A DNA stretch of 53,207 bases, counting the filler, from Barthelona sp. PAP020 (Eukaryota), in assembly GCA_040182905.1 (NCBI GenBank). It is 2 parts of 2 records of this genome, joined end to end, with 100 filler letters (N's around TTAATTAATTAA, not from the genome) between each part and the next. Parts side by side here need not be neighbours in the genome. Positions count along the whole stretch, not along the records: positions 26,647 to 53,207 come from JARQWU010000136.1; 1 more part is not named here. One strand, 5' to 3'. The stretch's first letter is position 1. The number at the start of each line of letters is the position of its first letter. A model generated the notes under the pieces. It was not told the DNA's origin and searched no databases. It saw only the letters and a list, made by a program, of their open reading frames with translations. The translations under genes and the position numbers were made by a program. Of the stretch, positions 32,913 to 42,725 are shown one piece after another.

Positions 32913-35027
32913 ATGTCTTTGGGATCAAGTGATGAAATAGGGAAAATTATACGTGGTATTTTTCCACCTAAAATTGATGAAAATAGTGTGAGATTGATTG
33001 GGGGACTTCGGAATTATTCCATATATGATAGTGAATACTCATTAGATGGTAAAATGTTGGTTGTTGGTGGTCATCATCAGGCTCATGTTATTGATGTGGA
33101 AACTGGAGAATTTAACCATATTTTCAAGGATCATTCGAAGGATGTTTTTGGTGTCACTTTTTCACCAAATGGACAAAAGGTGGCCACATGTTCAGATGAT
33201 GGTTATATTGTTGTGTACAGCCTTCCAGATTTCTCCATTGTGCGAAGGTTTGTTTGCAATAGCATTCATTATTATGCTCCTAATTTTTGTATTTGTTTTT
33301 CTGTTTGTTCAAATTATGTGTATTGTGGGTTTGAGGAAGGATACCTTAAAAAAAGGGATCTAAATGGTAATAGTGTCTTGGAGAAGAGATTACATAATTC
33401 TCGTATTAACAGTGTAAAAATTTCACCAGATGGTGAGTATATTTTAACTGGAAGTCATGATAAAACTGCAAAATTAATCAATGCTGACAATTTTGATCTT
33501 ATTCGAACATTCAATCAATGTGGATATGTTAGAACGGTTGATTTCCATCCAACAAAAAGAATAATTGCTGTTGGTGATGAATCAAAGAAAGTCAAACTTT
33601 GGGACATGGATGATGGATCTCTTATTCATGCATTTGATTTGGGTGGTCAAGTATGGTGTCTTCATTTCTTACCACCTGATATCCTACTTATTATGTCTGG
33701 TGATGGCTATATTACATCATTCAATGTTGAAACCTATCAGCAAATTCAAAAGGTGCATTGTGGTTGTGATGCTTCCAAATTTTCTTTTGCTTTGTCTCCA
33801 GACAAAACACAAATAGCGTGTGGAAAATGCACAAATAATACAATAAAATTATTCAACATCATTTGTGATATCCCAAATCCCCTTCAAAATAATCAAAAAT
33901 CAGCCCTAATTGAGCTCTCACGTCCTCATGGTAATGTTGTATCCTATTTAATTGCGAACTGTCGATTAAAACACACTGATACTATCATTGTTGAACTTTT
34001 ATCATCAGGAATTTGTCTTTCAGCAGAAGAAGCCAATGAATTTATGCAAGTTGACATGGATATTGTTCTATATAATGCAGCTAATGGTGGAAATATGTTG
34101 AAATCTTTCTCACCCAACAATTTGTTCCAAAATTTCTTAGAATTTCAAAAATCGAATCCTCAAAAAGCAAATAAATATGCCTCAAATCATTTAAAATTGC
34201 TAATAGACAACCAAAAACCGAAAAATCTGCTACTTTTAACAAAGATGTTCCCTGCCTATGCCAAATCCCTCTTTGATACACAAGAAGGAGAACCGTTTGT
34301 CAATAAACTTGTTGGTTATTCAAAAAACGTTAAAAGAGTGGTATCCACTGTTATGTCCAGTTCAAACCAGCAAGAAGCTTGCAGCCTTATTCTATTGTTA
34401 TTAAAACATGGACTTTGGCTTTGTTATGATGAATATGTTTTGATACAATATCTTTTAGATGATGAAATATGTGACATAAACTTCAAAAATGGTGGAAATC
34501 TGAAGTTTCCTCACTTTTCTTTGTTTTATATATTCAATCGGTTTTCTTTTTCTAATTTGATGAATTTAACACCAAATAAACACCCTCAAGAACTTAGCAA
34601 CTTGTTTGATTTTATGGTTGAACACAAAAAGCTATTGGATCAAACTGATGTGACAGAAATATGTGTCTTTTTGGAAGCATATCCGATTTTTACCAAGCTT
34701 CTTTTTGAAAAAATTGTTCCAAAGTTATCCAACACAGCCCGATTAGCTTTCCTTGAACTTTTGCCAAAAATCATCATTCTTGAATTTCCAGCAATTGTTA
34801 GACCGTTTTCTCAAAAGATAGAAATGATTTGTGATTTGAATGAAAAAAATAGACAACAGAACATGCGTATTGATTCACTTGTGGAGGAAATAAAATTGCA
34901 AAAAATTCAACTTGAACGAGTTACATCCTGTTGCATCACTAGTTCAAAACCAGTCAACAAATCTAAACTCTCAAAACCAGCAAATTGTGGAACCAAACCA
35001 ACAACCATCCCAAGACAATATTGTTGA
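32913..35027 (+). CDS. WD40 propeller + two 'NGGN' modules + coiled coil (5' part of a frameshifted gene)
   Basis: ~7 WD40 repeats (HSKDVFGVTFSPNG, HNSRINSVKISPDG...TGSHDKTAKL, VKLWD); NAANGGNM and DINFKNGGNL. First ATG 32913. Overlaps the next ORF by 116 nt. Confidence 0.8.
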   Translation: MSLGSSDEIGKIIRGIFPPKIDENSVRLIGGLRNYSIYDSEYSLDGKMLVVGGHHQAHVIDVETGEFNHIFKDHSKDVFGVTFSPNGQKVATCSDDGYIVVYSLPDFSIVRRFVCNSIHYYAPNFCICFSVCSNYVYCGFEEGYLKKRDLNGNSVLEKRLHNSRINSVKISPDGEYILTGSHDKTAKLINADNFDLIRTFNQCGYVRTVDFHPTKRIIAVGDESKKVKLWDMDDGSLIHAFDLGGQVWCLHFLPPDILLIMSGDGYITSFNVETYQQIQKVHCGCDASKFSFALSPDKTQIACGKCTNNTIKLFNIICDIPNPLQNNQKSALIELSRPHGNVVSYLIANCRLKHTDTIIVELLSSGICLSAEEANEFMQVDMDIVLYNAANGGNMLKSFSPNNLFQNFLEFQKSNPQKANKYASNHLKLLIDNQKPKNLLLLTKMFPAYAKSLFDTQEGEPFVNKLVGYSKNVKRVVSTVMSSSNQQEACSLILLLLKHGLWLCYDEYVLIQYLLDDEICDINFKNGGNLKFPHFSLFYIFNRFSFSNLMNLTPNKHPQELSNLFDFMVEHKKLLDQTDVTEICVFLEAYPIFTKLLFEKIVPKLSNTARLAFLELLPKIIILEFPAIVRPFSQKIEMICDLNEKNRQQNMRIDSLVEEIKLQKIQLERVTSCCITSSKPVNKSKLSKPANCGTKPTTIPRQYC

Positions 35028-37446
35028 AGAACTTAAGACCCAACTTAGGGCTACCCTATCCTGGGCTGATCAACTGGTCGAAATAACTATCGAAGGATCA
35101 GTTGAACCTTTAAAGAGTCTCACCTCAGCTCAACTGAGCCATATGTTTGTTAAGGCTATTAACTCACACAAAAGGCTCTTTGAATTAGATTCTGGTGGGC
35201 TTCTTGATCCTTCGATTAATAATGAAATTTTGGAGGTGATCCAAGAAATTGAACAGAATATTGATCTTATTCGCAGAATATTCATTCCTCGAATAAATCA
35301 TGTACTTGAGTTGAATCCTCTCAAAAATATTGGGTTACCTGATAATTTTATTGCTTTGAAAAAGGAAATTCACAGCTACATCAATTTGAGCCTTGAACAA
35401 TCACCCATTGCTCAATTGTATAGACAGGATGTTGATGCCTTGGAAGAAAGTATTTTGACCAAGATTGAGCCATACTACGATAGCTATATGATGCTTTATT
35501 CCAAAAATACGTATCCATTCACTCATGTTGTTGAAGAATTGAAGGAGAACTTGTTAAAAATTAATGATTTTTATGAAGCCATAGTTGAGGCACAAAGACT
35601 CCAACCACTCATTCAGGAGCAACAACAAAATATGATGAATGCATACAATGAATTTCAAAGAGCAATAAATGTCAGCAAGAAGAAAAGCAGGAACAAAAAA
35701 CTATCAAACGCGTATTCAAATGCACAAAAACAACTTGAAGACATGTATGAGCAGGTTGTGGCTCTGAAAGGTACGATTCCAGATCATCTAGGTCAAGCAC
35801 TGATGAATTGCATTCAAGACCCGGAACTGATTGCTGATGTGTGCAAAAGAATAAATATGGCTGAGATTCCATCCAGTTTGATTGCCGTAATATCTTCAGA
35901 TTTGTATTATCCAGATGTTATTTCAAAGTTAAAACAGCAAGAAAGCATTTTTTGTCTCAAAAAGTCTTTGAATGACAGATTCATCAAATTTTACGATCTT
36001 CCATTTTTAGGTGATGAAGAGATGGAAGAGGATGCGAATGAGGATGATATTGAAGAAAATGAATTCAATGAGATGCAAATAAAGGCTATTCGTCGAGAAC
36101 TGAGGGTTTTGACAAAGAATAGGTCTTCCAATATCGTCACTCTGAACCGCATTATCTTTGTTGTTGATGAAGATTCAGATATCGTGGCCCTCGCTCTCGA
36201 GCTTGAGAAGGCTCCCATGGATCTTGAGCAATATCTTAACGAGTATAATCCGGATAGAGCCACACTACTTTGGATATTTGAACAAATGTGTACTGGTCTT
36301 CACCAACTGCACGATCGTGACATTGTTTGGAGGGATGCAAAACCGCAGAACGTTTTGGTGTGGGTTGATGATGAGGACAAGGTGTCACGAGTAGCTCTCT
36401 GTGACTTTGCAACAGCATATCAAACTGAAGGTACAATGTCTAGCCGCACCCTGATGCAGGGAACTATGTTATATATGGACCCTTTTGCACTGAAAAACAC
36501 AAAAGTTGACACTTCAATGGATATTTTTTCGTTGGGAATGATCCTTATTCGCATGTTTTATCCCAACCTTGTGGAAGAAACTTACAGCAGAATTCAAAAT
36601 TTCTTTGAAAATGCAGGGGATAATACAGACGAACTGTATGAGATCATACTTCAATGCATTACGCATAGCATTGAACAACGTATCAGTTTGAAGCAATTAC
36701 AACAAAAAATCTATGATTTGCGCAAATCTACCACAAAAGAAGGCAGTTTAAATCACATTATGGACGTTATTGAAAGTTTCAACTTTAATCTAGAAGTAGG
36801 GGAACCCTTGATTATTGAGCAACGTTTGAATGAAAAATTGAACTTTTTCTTTGAACGTTGTTTCACCATTGATAACGTGTCCCAAAACATCATGTTCAAA
36901 ATCCGTGGTCTTTCTGAACCATTGACACTTCTTTCTTTCATTGATTGGCTGGTTGATCATCCTACTAGTTTTGACTTTGTGGGTGAAACAACTGGAAGTT
37001 CATTCGAACTTGACACAGATTTGGGGAAAACGACTCGTCGTTCACTCGGCTATTTCATCCTTCATTGCCTTATTCATCGAGTTAAAATACCAATAATTCT
37101 TCTTGGACCAACACCATTTGGTCTTATCTCAACCGATTCTTTGACCTTATTTAATGTGGTCAATCGTGATTTGTGTCTCAAGGTATTTCCATCGCTGAAG
37201 CCCTTTGTATACCAATTTTATTCAACCGACCTTGCAGAATTCAATTTTAAATCACTTGGCCTTGAAACCAAGTCCGTCAATCGTGATAACTTTGATGAGT
37301 TTATTGACCTTTCCATCAAGAAGTATGTGTTGAAATACCAACCTGTGGCCGAAGTAATGAGAAGCGCGTTTTTGGAGTTTTCTTCTTTGGCCACTGATTT
37401 GGCCATTTGCAACTTTGAGGATTTGATGACTTTATGCGTGGTGTAA
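34912..37446 (+). CDS. Coiled coil + atypical protein kinase + HECT N-lobe-like tail (3' part of the frameshifted gene)
   Basis: RFIKF, RRELRVL, WRDAKPQNVL, LCDFAT, QGTMLYMDP, DIFSLG. Tail LGYFILHCLIHRVKI...VNRDNFDEFIDL...VMRSAF...FEDLMTLC. Frame opens after TAA 34891-34893 with no nearby ATG. Confidence 0.8.
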   Translation: MNELHPVASLVQNQSTNLNSQNQQIVEPNQQPSQDNIVEELKTQLRATLSWADQLVEITIEGSVEPLKSLTSAQLSHMFVKAINSHKRLFELDSGGLLDPSINNEILEVIQEIEQNIDLIRRIFIPRINHVLELNPLKNIGLPDNFIALKKEIHSYINLSLEQSPIAQLYRQDVDALEESILTKIEPYYDSYMMLYSKNTYPFTHVVEELKENLLKINDFYEAIVEAQRLQPLIQEQQQNMMNAYNEFQRAINVSKKKSRNKKLSNAYSNAQKQLEDMYEQVVALKGTIPDHLGQALMNCIQDPELIADVCKRINMAEIPSSLIAVISSDLYYPDVISKLKQQESIFCLKKSLNDRFIKFYDLPFLGDEEMEEDANEDDIEENEFNEMQIKAIRRELRVLTKNRSSNIVTLNRIIFVVDEDSDIVALALELEKAPMDLEQYLNEYNPDRATLLWIFEQMCTGLHQLHDRDIVWRDAKPQNVLVWVDDEDKVSRVALCDFATAYQTEGTMSSRTLMQGTMLYMDPFALKNTKVDTSMDIFSLGMILIRMFYPNLVEETYSRIQNFFENAGDNTDELYEIILQCITHSIEQRISLKQLQQKIYDLRKSTTKEGSLNHIMDVIESFNFNLEVGEPLIIEQRLNEKLNFFFERCFTIDNVSQNIMFKIRGLSEPLTLLSFIDWLVDHPTSFDFVGETTGSSFELDTDLGKTTRRSLGYFILHCLIHRVKIPIILLGPTPFGLISTDSLTLFNVVNRDLCLKVFPSLKPFVYQFYSTDLAEFNFKSLGLETKSVNRDNFDEFIDLSIKKYVLKYQPVAEVMRSAFLEFSSLATDLAICNFEDLMTLCVV

Positions 37447-37975
37447 ATTGTTTTGTGTTTTTTGTTTTCCAATTGAAGCCAAATTTTCTAAAAGTTTCAA
37501 AGGTTCAATAACATTTCAAATTCAACAATTTGAGGCCAATTTAACTGATAAATGAATTTTATTGCACTGTAATATCATCATAGTGAGATACAATGTAAAG
37601 TTCCAAAATTTCTAACAGAGGGTCGAATAACTTTTTGTGTCATTTTGAAGCAATCAAATGAACCTTTTTGTGTGAGCATGAAAGAGTGATATGATGAATA
37701 CTTGTATTGATTCATCACTAATAGATGACAGAACAACAATCAACAAATGAGATCTTATCTATTTGCATTAAGGTTTATTTCTTTATTTTTGTAATGACAC
37801 AATGAAAGTTGTGAGTCTATTTTGAAAATTTAATCAATCTTGAGCAACAATTTTAAACACAACAAAGAATCTTTTCAATAAATATCTGACTCTTTTGATA
37901 AAAACAAAGCTTATAATGAAACAGTTTCATAAAACAGGCTTGTAACCCCGTGAACAAAAGAAAAAAAGAAAAAAT

Positions 37976-38518
37976 TTATTTTTTGGAGGACAGTCTCTGA
38001 GCTCGATAAGCGATGGTTTCAAGTAATTCATAAGGAACACTTGCTTTGACCTTTTTACGATAAGTATCTTTCTTTGGACTGTCCTTTGAAAATATTTGTA
38101 AATCTGGAATTTTCTTTCTTTTCAAAGGACTTTTTGACTTCTTTAAAGGGGTTTTTATAAATGGTGTGGGTTCCAATTGATGAATATATGTTGGTCTTTT
38201 CACATGAGGGATGCATTTGTAGGTGGATCGTTTTTTTTGAAATTTACCATTTGATGTGAATTCTTTTTCGTTGTTGTTCAAAGAATTTTGTTTAAAAACA
38301 TTTTTATAAATATTGCTGTTATGTTTATCATAAGACATTGGAGAATTATAAGAAGGAAAAGTTTTTAAACCATCTTGTGTGTCTGCAATTTGTAATTCAG
38401 AATACCGATCTTTAAAATGATTTAATAATCTAGAAAATTGTACATTTGAGTTGTCATTGAAAAAAAAAACATCGGATTCTAAAAGTAATTTTGAAGTTGG
38501 AAGAGTATTATGTTTCAT
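37976..38518 (-). CDS. Hypothetical basic protein, 180 aa
   Basis: ATG-TAA ORF, K/S/P-rich, head-to-head with the Kelch gene (97-nt gap). No family recognised. Confidence 0.6.
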   Translation of the reverse strand: MKHNTLPTSKLLLESDVFFFNDNSNVQFSRLLNHFKDRYSELQIADTQDGLKTFPSYNSPMSYDKHNSNIYKNVFKQNSLNNNEKEFTSNGKFQKKRSTYKCIPHVKRPTYIHQLEPTPFIKTPLKKSKSPLKRKKIPDLQIFSKDSPKKDTYRKKVKASVPYELLETIAYRAQRLSSKK

Positions 38519-38615
38519 GAAAATATAATAGACTAGCTTTTAAATAAATAAGCACATGAATAATATGATAAAAAAATCTTTAAAAAGAAAAATACTGTGA
38601 CTATTAATTTAAATA

Positions 38616-39902
38616 ATGTGGCATGTTTCGAATGCAATTATTCCCAATGATCCTGAAAGAATTTTATCATCTATGATAATTGCCAATGATGAATTAATAA
38701 TATCTGGTGGAATGACAACAAAAAGAGCTTTGAATGACATTTATAAAGTGAATTTAAAAGATGCATTGAGTAAAGATGATTGTCCTGTATATTTTGAAGA
38801 AATGGCAATCTTGAATCGTCACACAAGAAATCAAGATATATTCTATGGAATGAATACCAATAAATTATTAACAAATTGTGCAGGTCATTCAATGTCATAT
38901 GATCCGTTATCTAAGAACATTGTATTATTTGGAGGTGTTGATTTTTTTTCTGAAAACATTGACTGTTTCAACGATACTTATCTGTTGAATACAAAAAACA
39001 ACATTTTAACAAAGATTAATGATGATTGTGATGATTATTTGATGTTTGAATCTGATAACTTGTTTCACCCTAGTTTTCAAGAAGACTCTTCGCACGATGT
39101 TATTCGTGATTTAGACAAGAGGCTTGAAGAGTTGGAAGATGTTTTATCTTTTGACAATAAAATAGAAGCCGTGCCTTTTTCTGGTTTCGCAGATGAAGAG
39201 ATGGAGAAGATATGGGAATCAAAGCGATTGGCTCGTGTTGATTCTATTTTTTCCGTGGATCAGCAAAGCCAGAATGTGATGCCAAATGCAGTGTGGGGGC
39301 ACAGAATGTGCTTTTGGAAGCAAGGTTATCACATTCTCTTCGGCGGGGAAAAATATGGAGAGGCATCAAGCTCAGCTGGTACGGTTCCCATGTTTGAAAA
39401 AGAAGGCATCTGTTTTGTATTTGACCACACAGTAAACAAATATTATCCTTTGAAGCATAGATCTGGTGTGACTCCAACTGCCAGATGTTTGCATGCAATG
39501 TGTGTTGGGGATGATAAACTGTTCATCGCAGGGGGAATAAGTCCCCAAGGCTTTATTACAGATATGAATGTTTTGGATTTATGGACATATGGTTGGACGT
39601 CTTTATCATGTGGCGATCATCCTTTTGAAAATGGACTAGCTGGATGTACAGCAGTACAACATGATAGTTTGATATATTTATATGGTGGTATGAATCAAAG
39701 AGGTGTTCATCTTCAAGATCTCTGCATGTTTGATTATCGAAATAATGAGTGGTACAATTTGACAGAGAATGAAGAATCAAAACCAGTGGAAAGAACACAA
39801 CATTCAATGTGTATTGATGATTCTGGTACTCATGTGCTTGTTTATGGTGGACAAAATTCTATCTTACTCAACGATCTTGTTGTGTTTGATACTCGTGTGT
39901 AA
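38616..39902 (+). CDS. Kelch-repeat beta-propeller protein, 428 aa
   Basis: Six GG-centred Kelch repeats (IISGG, VLFGG, ILFGG, FIAGG, YLYGG, LVYGG) with R/GxxH and downstream D/W residues. Confidence 0.9.
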   Translation: MWHVSNAIIPNDPERILSSMIIANDELIISGGMTTKRALNDIYKVNLKDALSKDDCPVYFEEMAILNRHTRNQDIFYGMNTNKLLTNCAGHSMSYDPLSKNIVLFGGVDFFSENIDCFNDTYLLNTKNNILTKINDDCDDYLMFESDNLFHPSFQEDSSHDVIRDLDKRLEELEDVLSFDNKIEAVPFSGFADEEMEKIWESKRLARVDSIFSVDQQSQNVMPNAVWGHRMCFWKQGYHILFGGEKYGEASSSAGTVPMFEKEGICFVFDHTVNKYYPLKHRSGVTPTARCLHAMCVGDDKLFIAGGISPQGFITDMNVLDLWTYGWTSLSCGDHPFENGLAGCTAVQHDSLIYLYGGMNQRGVHLQDLCMFDYRNNEWYNLTENEESKPVERTQHSMCIDDSGTHVLVYGGQNSILLNDLVVFDTRV

Positions 39903-40259
39903 ATTTTAAACAATTTGTGTAATTTTACTTTTTTTTCATGTTTTTAAAAGGTTCTTTGGAGTTGAATAACAATATCAGACAGAAAAAGTAAAAAGAGAAG
40001 CAAAGGAGGAATTGGCTCACATTATTTTGTGAAATTTCTGGGCGTTTGATATAAATATTGAATAAAAATTAGTTTTTTACTTATTTGTATATAGGTGGAA
40101 GATTAGATGTTTTTTGTTTTGGAAGAAAATTTCTTTATTAATTTACAAAGAAATGAAAGAAATGGGTAAAATAAGAATGTTCAGAGTGTACATTTGTACA
40201 TGTTATTTGACTAATTGCATGACAAAAGAAATGAAAAAATTTCAATATTTTTTGTATTT

Positions 40260-42008
40260 ATGTCGGATCCAAAACATTGGTTGGATGCTTGGAGTGATCC
40301 TTTGGCTGGTATAGAAGCCTATTCTTCTCATCTAGCTTTGTCTGATTTGCATGATGATGGAGAAGGAATGTTAGTTGTTGCGAATCTTGATAACGAATTA
40401 AAAATATTTAATAATGTTTCTGTTTTAACAAAAACTCGTCTTTCTAGTCGACCTGTTGGAACTGTTGTCTTTAATATGATTCAATCTGGTCAACCAACCA
40501 AATGTATTTGTACTGCATCTGGTCCTTATCTTCATATTTATAAATTGGTTGATGACACATTAAAAAAAGTTCATCGTTTTCAATTACCTGCTTTACCAAT
40601 AGATCCAGATGAAGAAAGATTATGGAATCAAGTTTTGAGTGATTCGTGCAACATTCAACGATTAGCTGATGGTCTAACACAATTACAAACAGCACAAAGA
40701 AGATTGACTGAGTTCTCATCAACATTTTTATTGTTTCCCGAAAAATATCGTGAAAGCTACATTCAAATAACGCGAAAAAAAGCAATTAGTGGGTTCAATC
40801 AATCAAGTGTTGTTACGTGCATGACAACGGTTCGAAAGTTATCCCAAGATGCTGGTTCCCCTTCTTGCATTGTTGTGGGGGATGAATTTGGGAATGTACA
40901 TATATTAGATGAACAAGTTCTTACAATTGAAACGACAATAACAATGCCCAATGAATCTGCAATCAGTCATATCAGTGCCTTTGGTGTTTTGGACAAGGAA
41001 TATCGCTTGGTGGTTTGTACCAGAGCAGGTCAGATCTATATTGTCAAAGATGGACGTTTGACTCAAGCGAGAATTGAAGTTGAGGCACCTCCAATCGGTA
41101 CAGCCTTGATTGGGACTCATATATTTATTGCCTGTATGAACAAAATGATGATTATCACTGATCAGCGTGGTCGTTCACCAAGACAGATTCAAATGCCTGA
41201 TTTTATTGTTGGTATTCAACCTGTGTTCTTTTCCACAGGTACTGCATTTAAAGGGGCTATTATTGGGCTTGCTAATGGTACTGTTCGTGTGTATTCTTCT
41301 CGTGGACCTGTTGTTTCTGAGTTTTCCATCAATGAACGCATTACTGGTTTTAGATTTGGTGTTTATGGTCGTGAAGATGGTGCTTGTGTTGTTATTGGTA
41401 GATCAGCCGCGCTTCACATTAAAATGTTGTCTCGTTTGGCGAATCTTTCTGCTGATATTGGAATTCGCCCAGCACAAACAGCTGAAATGAGCAAACCGTT
41501 ACCAATACCTTCCAAATCTCAGTTATTTTTAGAACTTGCAGAAGCTGAAAAACAAAATGCTCCCTCAATTCATCGTGCTTTTCAAAAGGAATTGTCTCAA
41601 ATGAGATTAACCACATCTAAGGAATTCCTGAAGTTATTACAACATGGTCATGCGCCAATCGCTGCAGGGAATGCTGATATTCAACTTCGTTTGAGATCAA
41701 AATTGCAAGGTATTGGACCCAGATACACTTTAAAAGTCACAGTGGAAAATACTGGTGAAAAACCTGTTTATTCTTTACCTTTAGTAATCCATTTCAATCC
41801 TTCAATTTATTGGTTTAAGCCTTGTTCGTCAATCATTGGTGCTTTGCCTCCGAAATCAGAGGTCACAAAAGAATTTTTAATTGGAAGAACTAATGATGGA
41901 GTTGACATGGAAGAGCCTTCAAGAATTGTAGTTTATGATGAGAAAGGCAGCAAGCCAATAGTTTCTGCAATCACTTTGATTCCAATTTCGGATTTTGTTG
42001 ACGATTGA
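40260..42008 (+). CDS. BBS1: Bardet-Biedl syndrome 1 protein (BBSome subunit), 582 aa
   Basis: N-terminal WLDAWSDPLAGI...LSDLHDDGE, FxLPxLPIDPxExxLW, FGVYGRED, KPLPIPSKSQLFLE...IHRAFQ...RL, LQGIGP, PIVSAITLIP signatures; typical length. ATG 40260. Confidence 0.93.
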   Translation: MSDPKHWLDAWSDPLAGIEAYSSHLALSDLHDDGEGMLVVANLDNELKIFNNVSVLTKTRLSSRPVGTVVFNMIQSGQPTKCICTASGPYLHIYKLVDDTLKKVHRFQLPALPIDPDEERLWNQVLSDSCNIQRLADGLTQLQTAQRRLTEFSSTFLLFPEKYRESYIQITRKKAISGFNQSSVVTCMTTVRKLSQDAGSPSCIVVGDEFGNVHILDEQVLTIETTITMPNESAISHISAFGVLDKEYRLVVCTRAGQIYIVKDGRLTQARIEVEAPPIGTALIGTHIFIACMNKMMIITDQRGRSPRQIQMPDFIVGIQPVFFSTGTAFKGAIIGLANGTVRVYSSRGPVVSEFSINERITGFRFGVYGREDGACVVIGRSAALHIKMLSRLANLSADIGIRPAQTAEMSKPLPIPSKSQLFLELAEAEKQNAPSIHRAFQKELSQMRLTTSKEFLKLLQHGHAPIAAGNADIQLRLRSKLQGIGPRYTLKVTVENTGEKPVYSLPLVIHFNPSIYWFKPCSSIIGALPPKSEVTKEFLIGRTNDGVDMEEPSRIVVYDEKGSKPIVSAITLIPISDFVDD

Positions 42009-42204
42009 TTTTTAATTCTCATTTTTGTATGTTTCAAAATGAAAATGGTTATTGGTGTGTATAAACATTTGTAATTTGTTTTGTTTTTGTTATTAATTCC
42101 TTAATTCACGATTTATAGGTTGTTTCAAAAATGTACCCGATCTTTTAACATGTTTATTAGATAATGAATTGTATCATCAAACTGTTGTAATTGAAATACA
42201 TTCT

Positions 42205-42430
42205 TTTATTTTTCTTCTTGCACGAACCTTTTCCAGGACTTACCCAAATCAGAGACTGGGAATCTAAGTTGACTAATAAATAATAAACTTTAATCTTTGT
42301 TCTTTTTTGGGGGTCTAGCGTTTCAAGGTTAAGGAAAAATTCAGTACCTTGAGGGAAAAAGGAAGATTCGGAAAATTTCTATTTACCAAAAACAATAGGT
42401 TTGTCAACAACCCTCATTCTTTTTTTAAAG
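42205..42430. repeat. Dispersed repeat family B, short (internally deleted) copy, inverted relative to 7822-8245
   Basis: Reverse complement matches both ends of the 7822-8245 copy. Confidence 0.85.
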
Positions 42431-42725
42431 AGAGAACTTTATTTTCTTGCAATTTTTTGATATTTTAAATAAATGACCGGGAAATAGAAGCCAGAAAAAT
42501 TATAATAGAAAAAAAAACCAATAATTGTTGAATAAATTTTGTGGGTTTCTCTAAAAGGTACATTTATAATAAAATTTTTGTGAATTTTGTTTTTAGAAAC
42601 GAAATTATAAAGGAATGGTGGTTTAAAGAATGGGAGGGGTGTGAAGATTTTTTTGGAACTTTAAAATTTTTTATAATCAATTGCCCTTATGACTATTTGT
42701 ATATATTTTATTCACGAATTACTTG

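Noticed and set aside
4807..35027. Genome-wide programmed frameshifting as the cause of the split ORFs
   Set aside because: The breaks share no motif or direction (10-nt deletion, 2-nt deletion, deletion within RT motif A, 10-nt duplication), and conserved genes have none.
39895..39950. Possible terminal GT-AG intron in the Kelch gene (and a similar one after 37440)
   Set aside because: Splicing adds only a few residues and, for the kinase gene, recovers no HECT C-lobe; more simply U-rich 3' UTR.
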